Shown here piece after piece: positions 10,515-20,865 of a DNA stretch of 64,000 nucleotides. A model generated the notes under the pieces. That model worked only from the letters and a program-made list of their open reading frames with translations. It was not told where the DNA came from and did no database searches. Numbering within the stretch: position 1 is the stretch's first letter; each line of letters opens with the position of its first letter. The DNA lies in contig CAVOID010000013.1 of NCBI GenBank assembly GCA_963695875.1, forward strand, positions 22,917-86,916, written 5' to 3'. This stretch comes from an uncultured delta proteobacterium. GTDB lineage: Bacteria > Desulfobacterota > Syntrophia > Syntrophales > UBA2185. A program made the translations under genes and the position numbers.

Positions 10515-10548
10515 ACTTAACTTCCGGAACTTAACTTCCGGAACTTAC
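10515..10548. repeat. 14-bp tandem repeat ACTTAACTTCCGGA, about 2.4 copies
   Basis: acttaacttccgga acttaacttccgga acttac. Confidence 0.8.
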
Positions 10549-10597
10549 CTTGCGAGCCATGGGTAAGAAGTATAGAAACATGCTCTAAGGCAAACAT

Positions 10598-11743
10598 ATG
10601 ATAAGTATCTCAAGATTATATTGCGGCGCGGCAGAAACCATGGATGTTCTGCGCTATGGCGGCGAGAAGCATAAACGGCCGGTGGTCGTCTGGAACATGA
10701 CCAGAAGGTGCAACCTCAAGTGCATACATTGCTATTCCAATTCCCGAAACATACAATATAAAAATGAATTGACCACTGATGAAGGGAAGAAGCTGATCTC
10801 CGATCTTGCCTCCTTCGGATCCCCGGTAATTCTTTTTTCCGGCGGGGAACCCTTAATGAGGGAAGATATGCCTGAGCTGGCCCAGTTTGCCGTAGATCGG
10901 GGGATGCGGGCCGTCATATCGTCCAACGCGACGCTGATGACAAAAAAAATGGCGGACATCCTCAAAAAAATAGGCGTTTCCTATGTCGGTGTAAGTCTTG
11001 ATGGGATGAAAAAAACACACGACCGCTTCAGGGGCGTTGAGGGAGCCTTTGACATGGCCCTCATGGGAATCAGAATCTGCAGGGATGTAGGAATTAAAGT
11101 AGGCGTTCGTTTTACCATGAACAGGAAAAATTTTTCTGATATTCCTGCTATTTTTGATCTTATAGAGGAGGAAAATATCCCCCGGGCGTGTTTTTATCAT
11201 TTGGTCTACTCAGGACGTGGCTCGAAACTGATCGATGAAGATCTGTCTCATGAAGAAGCACGGAAAGTTATCGATATTATCATGGACAGAACCCGTGATC
11301 TTTTCGAACGGGGAAAACCCAAAGAGATTCTTACAGTAGATAACCATGCCGACGGACCATATGTTTACATGCGTATGCGGAAGGAAGATCCCGAGCGGGC
11401 AAAGGAGGTTTTGTCTCTCCTTCAAGTGAATGAGGGCAACAGCTCCGGAATCGGCATTGGCTGTGTGAGCTGGGATGGTGAGGTTTATGCTGACCAGTTC
11501 TGGAGGGGTATCTCATTCGGCAACGTGCTAAAACGTCCTTTCAGTGAGATCTGGCTGGATACATCAAATGAACTGATGCTTAAACTGAAAGACAAAAACA
11601 AATATGTGAAAGGTAGATGCTCCGTCTGCCGCTGGCTAGATATCTGCGGTGGAAATTTCCGTGCAAGGGCAGAGGCAGTCGCCGGAGACCCATGGGCTCC
11701 GGATCCGGCATGTTATCTTACGGAAAAAGAAATAGTAAAGTAA
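10598..11743 (+). CDS. ahbC: Radical SAM/SPASM protein, AhbC-like (alternative heme biosynthesis)
   Basis: MISISRLYCG N-terminus, PVVVWNMTRRCNLKCIHCY, TVDNHADG, C-terminal CSVCRWLDICGGNFRARA...DPACY. Confidence 0.82.
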   Translation: MISISRLYCGAAETMDVLRYGGEKHKRPVVVWNMTRRCNLKCIHCYSNSRNIQYKNELTTDEGKKLISDLASFGSPVILFSGGEPLMREDMPELAQFAVDRGMRAVISSNATLMTKKMADILKKIGVSYVGVSLDGMKKTHDRFRGVEGAFDMALMGIRICRDVGIKVGVRFTMNRKNFSDIPAIFDLIEEENIPRACFYHLVYSGRGSKLIDEDLSHEEARKVIDIIMDRTRDLFERGKPKEILTVDNHADGPYVYMRMRKEDPERAKEVLSLLQVNEGNSSGIGIGCVSWDGEVYADQFWRGISFGNVLKRPFSEIWLDTSNELMLKLKDKNKYVKGRCSVCRWLDICGGNFRARAEAVAGDPWAPDPACYLTEKEIVK

Positions 11744-12050
11744 AGAACCGGGGAGATTTTATATACAAAAAACATAGACGCAAAGGGATTTACCCCCGGT
11801 CACCAGAACGGCGAAATGATGGACGGGGAAACTTTTAAAAGACAACGTCGAATTAGTTCAGCAGCTGAATAATCCACTTGTGTTGCAGTTCTTTGATAAA
11901 GAAGACTTTAAAAGTGAACGTGTTTGTAATTACAAAAACATTTAAAGTATTTAAAGGCCTTTTCCTCTTGACAAGAAATGATAATAGTTGATAGGTAACT
12001 CTAAATTACACATTAGAGCGCAGTTCATTTCATGACAGGTGTCTGTTTTT

Positions 12051-12957
12051 ATGAATCAAAAAACTTCTGCCAGAGAATGGTTCATGAAAGGATGTCGGAA
12101 TGACCTTGTTGATCCTCAATCCGACGAGGCCATAGAAGCCTACAAAAGAAGTATTGTCCTTGATCCAACATTTACAGCATCATACGTCAATCTGGGGTTC
12201 ATTTACCTCCACAGAGAGGATTATGAATGGGCCCTGATATGTTTACAGAGGGTGACTGAACTGGAACCGAGCAGTCCGGAAGCTTATAATAACCTTGGCT
12301 ACGTATATGAGAAAATGGGTAGGTTAGGAAGTGCAAAGCAAATTTACGAACGGGCTTTAGCACTGAATCAGGGAAATACTGAAGCTATAATTAATTTAGG
12401 ACATATCTCTGAATTGGAGGGAAATTATCACGGCGCCTGAGGAACAGTATAAGAAAGCTATTGAAGTAGACCCAAATGCTGAGTCACCCCGTTTCTTTTT
12501 AGCCCTTCTGTACGATCATTACGACATGTTTGACGAAGCAATACTGTGGTATAAGGATGTCCTGGGGAAAAATCCCTCCCATGAAAAAGCCCTCTTTAAT
12601 CTGGGAAACCTGTATGTTCAGTTGGGTGACTACGAAAAAGGCATCGAGTTTTTTAAACGCGTACTGGCGTTTAACTCTAATAACGCAGAAGCATGGAATA
12701 ATCTAGGGTCTATCTACGAAATCACAAAGCATTATGAGGATGCGATCACATCCTACCAGAAATCCCTTTCATTAAATCCTTTTCAAGAAGAAGCTAACGT
12801 TAATCTTGCTCAAATTCAGTATAACCAGTATCGATCAAACCCGAAAAGTATAAAAAAAGAAGGGATCATTCTCAGACTTCATTTTGCCCTTTCCATTAAT
12901 CCACAGAAGACAAGGGCTCAACGCCTGTTGGATGAAATAACAAAGGCAAATATTTAG
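12051..12957 (+). CDS. Tetratricopeptide repeat protein (one frameshift near 12437)
   Basis: Repeated AYNNLG/AWNNLG/ALFNLG TPR helices across ORFs 12039-12440 and 12526-12957. Confidence 0.85.
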
Positions 12958-13125
12958 TGGAGGGAATCAAAAAGCCCAGCCAAAGACATTTAAAATTTTA
13001 GTGGCGTATTTTTAATTCAAAGCCAGAATATCTGGAATTTGATCATCCTGACTCATTTTTGCATAAGTATCGGAAGAAAAATCTCGGATTTTATGTGTAA
13101 GAATATACAGAGAATTATTTCACCC

Positions 13126-14509
13126 TCATTTAAGTCTATCCGCAATGAATTCCCGTATATCACTCCATATGGAAATGGGATCATCCGGTGATGAAGATGT
13201 CAGTTCCGGATTCTTTTTCAGGATTTGCGCTGCCAGAGCCCCAGCTACCCTGAGCCTGTGCTCGTGCGAAGATGACTGCGCCTGTTCAACGATGTGACGG
13301 GGAATATTTATTGAAATTTTAAAACCACCTACATCCATTTCTTCCAAAATTTCTTTTTTTATCACTGGTGCTGCCTTAGGTTCCGGCATTTCCGCCGGCT
13401 CCGGCACTTCCTCAGCCAGTTCGGTTGCTGTATGGGTTTCTCGCACCTCCTCAATCGAAGGAATCTGTTCTTCAGGTACCAGCTTCTCCTCTGACTCTAT
13501 CGTCTCTGCAGCAGGCTCGACTTTTTCTTCCTCATGGATATCTCCGTTATGGCGTCGATCCATAAAAGCATCTACCGAAAGGACAGAGGAATCGACGGAA
13601 ACCGGTATTGCCTCTTCCTCAACTATTTCCTCCAGAACCTCACTTTCAATCCTTTTTCTCGGCTTTCTCTTCTGAACGGCTGGCCCTGCCAGGTGCCTGA
13701 AACGCTCACCGATCTGACGAACAACATCCCCGGAAATTTCGGTAAATTGATTTGTTTCTCCTGCCTTTAATGATAATTTACTAATCTTATTGATCAGACG
13801 GGGGACACCGTGTTCAGAGTATTCCCATAAAAAGCCGTACGCATCATTGGTAAAAACAGGCCTCAATCCTCCAGCCAGCGTCAGCCTCGTTTCAACATAC
13901 GACTTTACTAAATCCTCAGATTCTATTTTATCAATCCTGCTGAATGTACCAATCCGCTGTAATAGGTTCGCTCGTTTAGGATGCTCCAATCTCCGTGCAA
14001 GTTCAAGTTGGCCCGCCAGCACGATTGTAAATAAATTCTTTTGATCATCCTGCATATTAGTGAGCAATCTCAGGCTTTCCAAATTAGCAGGAGACATCGC
14101 ATTTGCCTCATCAACAAATACCAAAACCTTCCTTCCCGAATCTATCGTCTCGAACAATATCTTGTTAAATATTTCCAGCAGATTAATTTTTCTTCTTTCT
14201 TCACACTGTTTCCCGATAAGTTGACCGATGATTTCCCTCAATAAGCTCAATAAAAGACATATCGGGATTAGTTACCAATGCGATTTTATATTTATCCTGA
14301 TCAAGAGAATCAATAATTATCCGAATAGATAAAGTTTTCCCCAGACCGACATCACCTACAATCACCGCAACACATTCATTCCCCTCCTCTATAGCAAACA
14401 GTGTTTCGGCTATCGCATTTTCCATTGACGCATGACAATCGGCATACATGGTTGGGTCTGGAACATTATCAAAAGGTGGTTTCTTGAGACCCCAATAATC
14501 GTAGTACAT
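13126..14509 (-). CDS. ExeA/GspA-family AAA ATPase with acidic C-terminal extension (one frameshift near 14245)
   Basis: MYYDYWGLKKPPFDNVPDP, Walker A GDVGLGKT, Walker B VFVDEA, IVLAGQLEL, GVPRLIN. Confidence 0.85.
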
Positions 14510-14562
14510 AAATTTATAACCTCCTCGATGGTTAAAAGCGACCTATCGAAACTTTAAAAGTA

Positions 14563-15123
14563 TTATCCTCCGGAACTTGCAAAAACCTCTTCACTTCGCG
14601 ATAGATAATCAAGGATATCCTGCAATAGGAAACGCCTGAGTCTGCCAATCTTATAACTTTTAATTTTCTTCGACTTGACGAGTTTCATGAGTGAGCTATT
14701 ACTAATCTGCAGCATCTGACAAACATGTCCAGACTTAAGCATTTTTACAGTTTCCACTTTCTTGAATTGAAAATTGAAAATAATCTGCCCATCTCTCTGT
14801 CTTTGCATATCCAGGGAAACGCCGCTTGAATCCCCATTTAGGAAATACTTGACATAGCGACTTGATTTGACGAGCGCATACTGATCGGGAGTCAGATTAA
14901 TGGAAATTGTCTCATCAATATCTTCATCGCATTCATCAATAGCGAACATTTCTTTTTCCACATTATCGGAACTTCGTTTTAAAATGCTTGACGGAATTTC
15001 AATCAACTCATTTTCCGGCAATACCTGCATACCAATTCCAGAAGGTCGCCCTCCAAAAGGCTCCAAAGACTCCTTCCTTCTCCTTTTAACAATAGAAAAC
15101 TTTTCCATAATTATCCCTTTCAT
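14563..15123 (-). CDS. Protein with C-terminal excisionase-like helix-turn-helix domain
   Basis: C-terminal MLKSGHVCQMLQISNSSLMKLVKSKKIKSYKIGRLRRF..DILDYL (HTH_17-like). Start codon uncertain (15123 or 15108). Confidence 0.75.
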   Translation of the reverse strand: MKGIIMEKFSIVKRRRKESLEPFGGRPSGIGMQVLPENELIEIPSSILKRSSDNVEKEMFAIDECDEDIDETISINLTPDQYALVKSSRYVKYFLNGDSSGVSLDMQRQRDGQIIFNFQFKKVETVKMLKSGHVCQMLQISNSSLMKLVKSKKIKSYKIGRLRRFLLQDILDYLSRSEEVFASSGG

Positions 15124-15412
15124 GGACAAAGCACTATAAATCCCTCATTTTTCAATCCCTTATCATATAAATGGATGTGCTTTATCCATGCTTTAAGCTA
15201 ATAAAAAGCTTGTAATTCTAATAAACCATTTCGGATAAATCAATATAAAACTTAAGGTTCTCGGTAAGCAGCAAGGTTTTAGAAAACGCGCATTTAGCGC
15301 GAACACATAATAGAACAGAGGGTTTGATTTAAGGTAAATGTAGGTTGGGGTGTCCTCGATATCGAAGCGGTGGAGCGATAGGCCCGCTTCATAAAAGTAC
15401 CGAGGTCAAGCT
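15008..15412. repeat. Diverged direct repeat, copy 1 (paired with about 15995-16480)
   Basis: Shared anchors GATAAATCAATATAAA (15234/16215), AACGCGCATT (15285/16268), ATATCGAAGC, GATAGG..CTTCATAAAA; homologous encoded N-termini. Confidence 0.75.
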
Positions 15413-15545
15413 ATCCGGCCTCCTGTCGATATCTATTATGATAAGGAAAAAGAGGTTATGCTTGCCGATGGCGCATAAATAAAGTATCTTCAATATAAAT
15501 CCGGGATGGCAGATCATGCAAATCCGTCAGGCTCCCTTATTCACA

Positions 15546-16100
15546 TTACCATATTTTGGATATTATGGCGTCGGCATGACGCAATCTTTGCACAAGAGTG
15601 AACAACAAATTACGGGCTGCCGCATGGGATGCCTGTACCAGAGACCAGAGTGTATCTTCCTCCATGGCCAGTAATACACATGATTCATCTGCTACAACAA
15701 AGGCTGACGTTGGCTTGTGATCGACAACAGACATTTCCCCGACACTTTCACCAGGTTCAAGCATGACAATAGGTTTAGAGTCAATGGAATCCAGATGAAT
15801 ACATAATCGGCCAGATAGCAGAAAATAGACGGTTCGATTTGACTGTGTGGGGGCTATGAGGATTTCCTTCGGCTCTAATTTCAGAATAGTACAGAGATCT
15901 AATAGACCTAAGATTACTTCTGGTTCTACACCTTTTAATAGATATACCTGCTTTAGATCCATTTCATCAATGTAAAATGTCGAACCATTTGATTCCTGTT
16001 CTTTCAGGACTTGTATGCCATCGTCACGAGGTCGATCCCTGCCTGGCTCTAAAGAGCCCCTCCTTCGTCTTTTAAGAATAGAAACCTTTTCCAAAATCAT
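15546..16100 (-). CDS. Cyclic-nucleotide-binding domain protein
   Basis: VYFLLSGRL...LEPGESVGEMSVVDHKPTSAFVVA cNMP-domain pattern. Confidence 0.82.
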   Translation of the reverse strand: MILEKVSILKRRRRGSLEPGRDRPRDDGIQVLKEQESNGSTFYIDEMDLKQVYLLKGVEPEVILGLLDLCTILKLEPKEILIAPTQSNRTVYFLLSGRLCIHLDSIDSKPIVMLEPGESVGEMSVVDHKPTSAFVVADESCVLLAMEEDTLWSLVQASHAAARNLLFTLVQRLRHADAIISKIW

Positions 16101-16276
16101 TCCTTTTATGGAAAAAACAATAGATTATACAATTTCCCAACCATGCAAAGGGATGCAACTTACACGAGCCTTGCAATTTTCATTTATTATTTCTAATCTT
16201 AATAGACGGTTTCAGATAAATCAATATAAATGTTATGGTCTTCCGCGTTCAGGGGGGCAATCAACAGAACGCGCAT

Positions 16277-17854
16277 TCAGCTTGGGCGCATAACAAAAAA
16301 GGGGGCATGGTTGGAGCTGAATATGGGGGGAGATTTCCTCAATATCGAAGCAACGGCAGGATGTTTCTTAAATTCGTGATTCAGAAATTGCCTTACAAGA
16401 TTTCGTCCCCATCCTCTTGGATGCAAAAAACTCCTGTACAGTGATAGGTCTCCTTCATAAAATTCACCGGTTTCGAGCTCATTTGCCTCAGGACTATGAG
16501 TCGGAAGGTTGAAGATGGCAAGGTTGAGAAAATCTATCTGATTGCCGTGCCTGACTGTGAATTCAAGGGTCTTGCGAGCCTCAGCAATTGTCTCTGAGGG
16601 GGTCCCGAAAAGCAGGTATACGTATGGTGCTATTCCCGCCTTTTTCAAGGTCTTCAAGGCAGATGAGGCCGTCTTCAGGTCAAATCCCTTTTGCATATTA
16701 TCGAGGACCCCTTGGTCACCTGATTCCAAGCCAAGCTGTAACATGACGCAGCCTGATCGTTTCAGGGCCAGGCAGAAATCCAGGTCTGTCAAATGTGATG
16801 TTATCCTGGCAAATCCATACCATGGAATACTGAATAATGACTCAGCGAGGGCCTTTAGAAGTGCAGGACTGAGCGCATTGTCCAGTAGATGGACAAGGGC
16901 AGGCTTCGTGCTATCTGTGAGGTTATGGAGGTCTGTAATTACCCCGTCGATCGGTACGGGTTTATAGGGACTCCCTTCTGCTCTTTCCGGACAGAAAGAA
17001 CAGCGGTTCCAGTAGCATCCACTTGATGCACTGTAAGGAAGAATTGTGCCTGGAGCCAGATAAGAGTTTGTACACAAGTCATTATAATCGGGAGTTACAT
17101 TATTTTCCAAAGGCGAGATGCCGAGGATAGATAGCAGCTTATCCTCTCCTGGTCCGGCTACCATGTCGTCGACGAGTCCCTCGAATGGATTTGACCAGCC
17201 GGTCCGCCGTACCCAAGACGTTACCAGTCCGCCGCCCAAAACTATTCTGATGCCTGGGTATTCCCTCCTTAAAATGCCGATCATAGCAAATGTGCATAGT
17301 GCCTGACTCAGGAAGTTCAATGAAAATCCGACAAAGGCAGGGTGTTCCTTCTCCAGCGCCGGCAACAGCATTTTCTTGAAATAGCTATAGAAGGGATTAC
17401 GCTCAGGCGTCTCGGAAGCTTTTACCAGATCCTCGCTCCTGACAGGGGAAAGATTCCGATCAAGGTAATTAGATAGACTCAGGCGTACATCGCAATGCGA
17501 CGCCGATACCGCAAGAACCCGGTTGATATCCGTAACCGCCCGCTTGTAGCGATCAATATTCTTGTATACCTCCCAGGATTTCAAGGCAGCGATGTTGCTT
17601 CCCAGATAGCGAAATGAGCGGTTGGTCCATTTCTCCCGTATATTTCCCGACCTTGCTCCTTCACAGCTCTCTCCTGCCTCATTTAGGGGGTAGTTCATTC
17701 CCGTCCCGTTTTTTACGAGGAGACTTGAGATGCCTTCCATATTGGCATCAATAACCTTGCACGGTACGTTATGACGGTTCATGGCACCTGCAATCTTCGC
17801 CAGTCCTGCAGGTGGTTCACAAGGTTTGACAAGAGGTGGATGGATAAGAAGCAT
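16277..17854 (-). CDS. Radical SAM protein with B12-binding-like N-terminal region
   Basis: LLIHPP..PPAGLA, IVLGGG, SSGCYWNRCSFC, LGLESG, YLLFGTP. Confidence 0.85.
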   Translation of the reverse strand: MLLIHPPLVKPCEPPAGLAKIAGAMNRHNVPCKVIDANMEGISSLLVKNGTGMNYPLNEAGESCEGARSGNIREKWTNRSFRYLGSNIAALKSWEVYKNIDRYKRAVTDINRVLAVSASHCDVRLSLSNYLDRNLSPVRSEDLVKASETPERNPFYSYFKKMLLPALEKEHPAFVGFSLNFLSQALCTFAMIGILRREYPGIRIVLGGGLVTSWVRRTGWSNPFEGLVDDMVAGPGEDKLLSILGISPLENNVTPDYNDLCTNSYLAPGTILPYSASSGCYWNRCSFCPERAEGSPYKPVPIDGVITDLHNLTDSTKPALVHLLDNALSPALLKALAESLFSIPWYGFARITSHLTDLDFCLALKRSGCVMLQLGLESGDQGVLDNMQKGFDLKTASSALKTLKKAGIAPYVYLLFGTPSETIAEARKTLEFTVRHGNQIDFLNLAIFNLPTHSPEANELETGEFYEGDLSLYRSFLHPRGWGRNLVRQFLNHEFKKHPAVASILRKSPPIFSSNHAPFFVMRPS

Positions 17855-17894
17855 ATTATTCGGCGATCTCGAAAAAAAGCTCAACAGGCAAGGA

Positions 17895-18692
17895 CTAATC
17901 TATTGACTGCTGCTCCGGATTTATTTTTTCAAACAAATCTATCATGTCGTAATGTATCTTCCCATTTGTGGCCAGAACATGCGGAGATTCGAGAGAAAAA
18001 ATACTGCCAAATAGATCCGTAACCATCCCCCTGGCTTCGATTATGAGAAGCAAGCCAGCGGCTGTATCCCAGGGCATCAGTTTTAGTTCCCAAAAACCAT
18101 CAAAACGGCCCATTGCTACATAAGCCATATCAAGAGCTGCTGACCCGGCCCGGCGAATTGCCTGGGCACTTTTCGCCATTCCATTAAAGTAATTGATATT
18201 ATTATTCTCATCATTCCTGATATCATAGGGGAACCCGGTTGCTAAAAGACTTTTAGAAAGATCGACGGTACTTGAAACGGAAATCTTTTTACCATTTAAA
18301 AAAGCACCCTTCCCTTTTTCTGCCACAAACATCTCATCCAGCATGGGATTGTAAATAACGCCGAGACGGATTTCACCTTTTTCTTCTAAGGCAATAGATA
18401 CGCAGAAAACGGGATAACCATGAGCATAATTCGTTGTCCCATCAAGAGGATCAATAAGCCAGCGAAATTCTGAACCTTTGGCTGTATGTGTCGATTCCTC
18501 AGCAAGGATGTCATGATGGGGGTATCTACGTTGAATCCTGGACTTAATCAATTCTTCCGAAATCCGGTCCACCTCCGTAACAATATTGATCTCTCCTTTA
18601 TAATCTATTATGTGTTTATCGTTGAGCCTTTCCTTGAGAAACATTCCTGCTTCCCTGGCGACAGAAATTACAAAGTCCCGGCAATCATCCAT
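17895..18692 (-). CDS. suhB: Inositol monophosphatase family protein
   Basis: WLIDPLDGTTNYAHG, RRAGSAALD, WDTAAG. Confidence 0.9.
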   Translation of the reverse strand: MDDCRDFVISVAREAGMFLKERLNDKHIIDYKGEINIVTEVDRISEELIKSRIQRRYPHHDILAEESTHTAKGSEFRWLIDPLDGTTNYAHGYPVFCVSIALEEKGEIRLGVIYNPMLDEMFVAEKGKGAFLNGKKISVSSTVDLSKSLLATGFPYDIRNDENNNINYFNGMAKSAQAIRRAGSAALDMAYVAMGRFDGFWELKLMPWDTAAGLLLIIEARGMVTDLFGSIFSLESPHVLATNGKIHYDMIDLFEKINPEQQSID

Positions 18693-18958
18693 AAGCTATA
18701 AATTCCTATGCAAAGATATTTTATTTTCTTTCCCCCTATTAACTGCAAAAGGATTGGAGGGTTCATGTGCTTGAACCGTTCGCTCGAATTGTTGACCCCT
18801 TGAATCCTAATGGTGCCGGTTATTTTCTCCAGCCTGCAACGTATATCAACTTTTTCCATTTTTTGAAAGTTGCATCTTTCTGTTGCATGACTCTGAAATT
18901 GGTGGTAATTATTCAAACGGTATGATTCTTCAGTTTCCATCGAATTGAGACATCTGTT

Positions 18959-19873
18959 ATGACAGATACCGTAAAAGATACGGAGAGCCCGGAACAGCCA
19001 CGTAGAGATTTAAATATGACAGAACCTGACCTCAAATCTATAAGAGAATCCAAAGGATTCACTATAAAAGACATATTTGCGCGTACCCGCATTAGTATAG
19101 CTATTCTTGAAGCTATAGAAAACGGTGAATTTCACCTGCTTCCCCCGCCCGTTTTTACAAAATCCTTCATTAAAATATATGCAAAAATCTTAGGAGCTGA
19201 CAGCAGTCCGACCATATCCCGTTATGAACAATACCTGGAAACGCTTAAATCTACCCAAGGGGATTTAGTAGAAACAGAAAAAATCACAAAACCAGCGAGG
19301 GTAAATTACAAGGCATTCTTGTGGGGATTATTAACTCTTATTATCGCTGGCCTTATCACTTTGACACTATCTTCCCACAAATCGGACATTGATATTTTAA
19401 AAAATCAAATTAGTGAACCTGTCCAGAATACAGCCAGTTTAAAGCCTGCCGATGATATCAAGACAGATGTCAAAAGCGAAGCAGTTGATCAGACAAATTT
19501 AGCCGTAAAAACTCATAAGAAAGAAGACGAATTACCCCCTGCAGCGCAGGTACAGCCGCCAATTAGCAAGACGGAGAGTAAGCTTAACGTTCAACAAGGA
19601 AGGGCATCTCAAGAGGTCCATAAACAGCAGAGGGAGATCGCCGGAACATATCAAATAGTTATGGAAGCCAGGGCGCTCACATGGTTAAGAATTACCGCAG
19701 ATGAAGATCCACCATACGAAGTCTTACTGCAGCCCGGTGAAAAGATTCAGAAATCAGGGTCGCAATTCATGATTGATGTTGGTAATGCCGGCGGTATTGA
19801 TATTGATTTTCAAGGTAAGTCTCTGGGCAACCTCGGGAAACAAGGAGAAGTTGTTCACCTAAAACTACCTTAG
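18959..19873 (+). CDS. rodZ: RodZ-like protein (HTH, TM, DUF4115)
   Basis: LKSIRESKG..TRI..LEAIENG..F.KIYAKILG; single TM; C-terminal VGNAGGI. Confidence 0.8.
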   Translation: MTDTVKDTESPEQPRRDLNMTEPDLKSIRESKGFTIKDIFARTRISIAILEAIENGEFHLLPPPVFTKSFIKIYAKILGADSSPTISRYEQYLETLKSTQGDLVETEKITKPARVNYKAFLWGLLTLIIAGLITLTLSSHKSDIDILKNQISEPVQNTASLKPADDIKTDVKSEAVDQTNLAVKTHKKEDELPPAAQVQPPISKTESKLNVQQGRASQEVHKQQREIAGTYQIVMEARALTWLRITADEDPPYEVLLQPGEKIQKSGSQFMIDVGNAGGIDIDFQGKSLGNLGKQGEVVHLKLP

Positions 19874-19932
19874 ATTCCGGGTTTGTCAAAGATGATTTGA
19901 TATTTAGATTATATAAATGAGGTTATGAAAAC

Positions 19933-20124
19933 ATGTTTGGAATAGGTGTACCTGAATTAATTGTAATTCTCGTAATTGTTTTAATCATCTTTGGTGCCGG
20001 CAAGCTTCCGGAGATCGGTGGCGCCATCGGAAAGGGTATTAAGAACTTCAAGAAATCCGTACGTGAACCGGATGAGATAGATGTAACACCCGATTCTAAA
20101 AAAAAGACCGATGAAAAAAAATAG
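19933..20124 (+). CDS. tatA: Twin-arginine translocase TatA/E
   Basis: [40 protein letters not shown]. Confidence 0.95.
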   Translation: MFGIGVPELIVILVIVLIIFGAGKLPEIGGAIGKGIKNFKKSVREPDEIDVTPDSKKKTDEKK

Positions 20125-20136
20125 GGCGGGTTCAGG

Positions 20137-20553
20137 CTAAAAGGGAACATCCTCCTCTGGTGCCTGTTCCAACCCTGAAGATGCCGGGGCCTGATCAGCA
20201 CCAGCCGTATCCTGACTCCGCATTTGCCCCTTCGAATCCAGCATCTGCATATTTGCAGCAACAATCTCCGTCGTGGAACGCTTAACACCATCTTTGTCTT
20301 CCCAGGAACGCGTTTGAATTCTGCCCTCAATGAATATCAATTTCCCCTTAGAAAGATAATTGCTGCAAATTTCCGCCAATTTACCATAGGCTACTATCCT
20401 ATGCCATTCTGTCCTCTGTAGCTTTTCGCCGTTCTTGTCTTTCCACTGAAGGTCCGTTGCCAGCCGGAAATTTGTCACCATTGTACCATCCGGTGTGTAT
20501 CTGACCTCAGGATCGGCCCCCAGCCTTCCTATCAATAACGCCTTATTAACCAT
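20137..20553 (-). CDS. ssb: Single-stranded DNA-binding protein
   Basis: NKALLIGRLGADPEVRY, TEWHRIV, C-terminal EDVPF. Confidence 0.96.
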   Translation of the reverse strand: MVNKALLIGRLGADPEVRYTPDGTMVTNFRLATDLQWKDKNGEKLQRTEWHRIVAYGKLAEICSNYLSKGKLIFIEGRIQTRSWEDKDGVKRSTTEIVAANMQMLDSKGQMRSQDTAGADQAPASSGLEQAPEEDVPF

Positions 20554-20693
20554 TCTTGTCCCCCTCCCCGAATCAGCGTAAGATGCGGGGGATCATATAA
20601 AACTTTACGGGGAATAGCAATGCAAAATTGGGCACGAAACGAATTTGTGCTTGATTTTATAAAAAAATTGAAGTAAAATTAGATCTCAATAAA

Positions 20694-20770
20694 GAGCTGT
20701 GCAGGGGTGCCGACCAGGCTGAGAAGATACCCTTTGAACCTGATCTGGGTAATGCCAGCGGAGGAAACTG
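20694..20770 (+). ncRNA. TPP riboswitch
   Basis: GGGGTGC...GCTGAGA..ACCC..TGAACCTGATCTGGGTAATGCCAGCGGAGG consensus directly upstream of thiC. Confidence 0.95.
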
Positions 20771-20789
20771 AATATGTACATATTTCTTT

Positions 20790-20834
20790 TGGGGCATATC
20801 CTTAGAGGCAAAAGGGTATGCCCCATATTAGTTT
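20790..20834 (+). terminator. Riboswitch expression-platform hairpin
   Basis: TGGGGCATATCCTT / AAGGGTATGCCCCA stem followed by a T-rich tract. Confidence 0.65.
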
Positions 20835-20865
20835 ATATAGTCAACTTTGCAGGAGAGTTTTTACA

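Noticed and set aside
11750..11835. GACGCAAAG suggesting a c-di-GMP-I riboswitch
   Set aside because: The upstream GGCAAA and GAAA-capped stem are not present.
13126..15123. Tn7/Mu-like transposon or prophage excision module
   Set aside because: The ATPase N-terminus is ExeA-type; no transposase, integrase or phage genes were seen.
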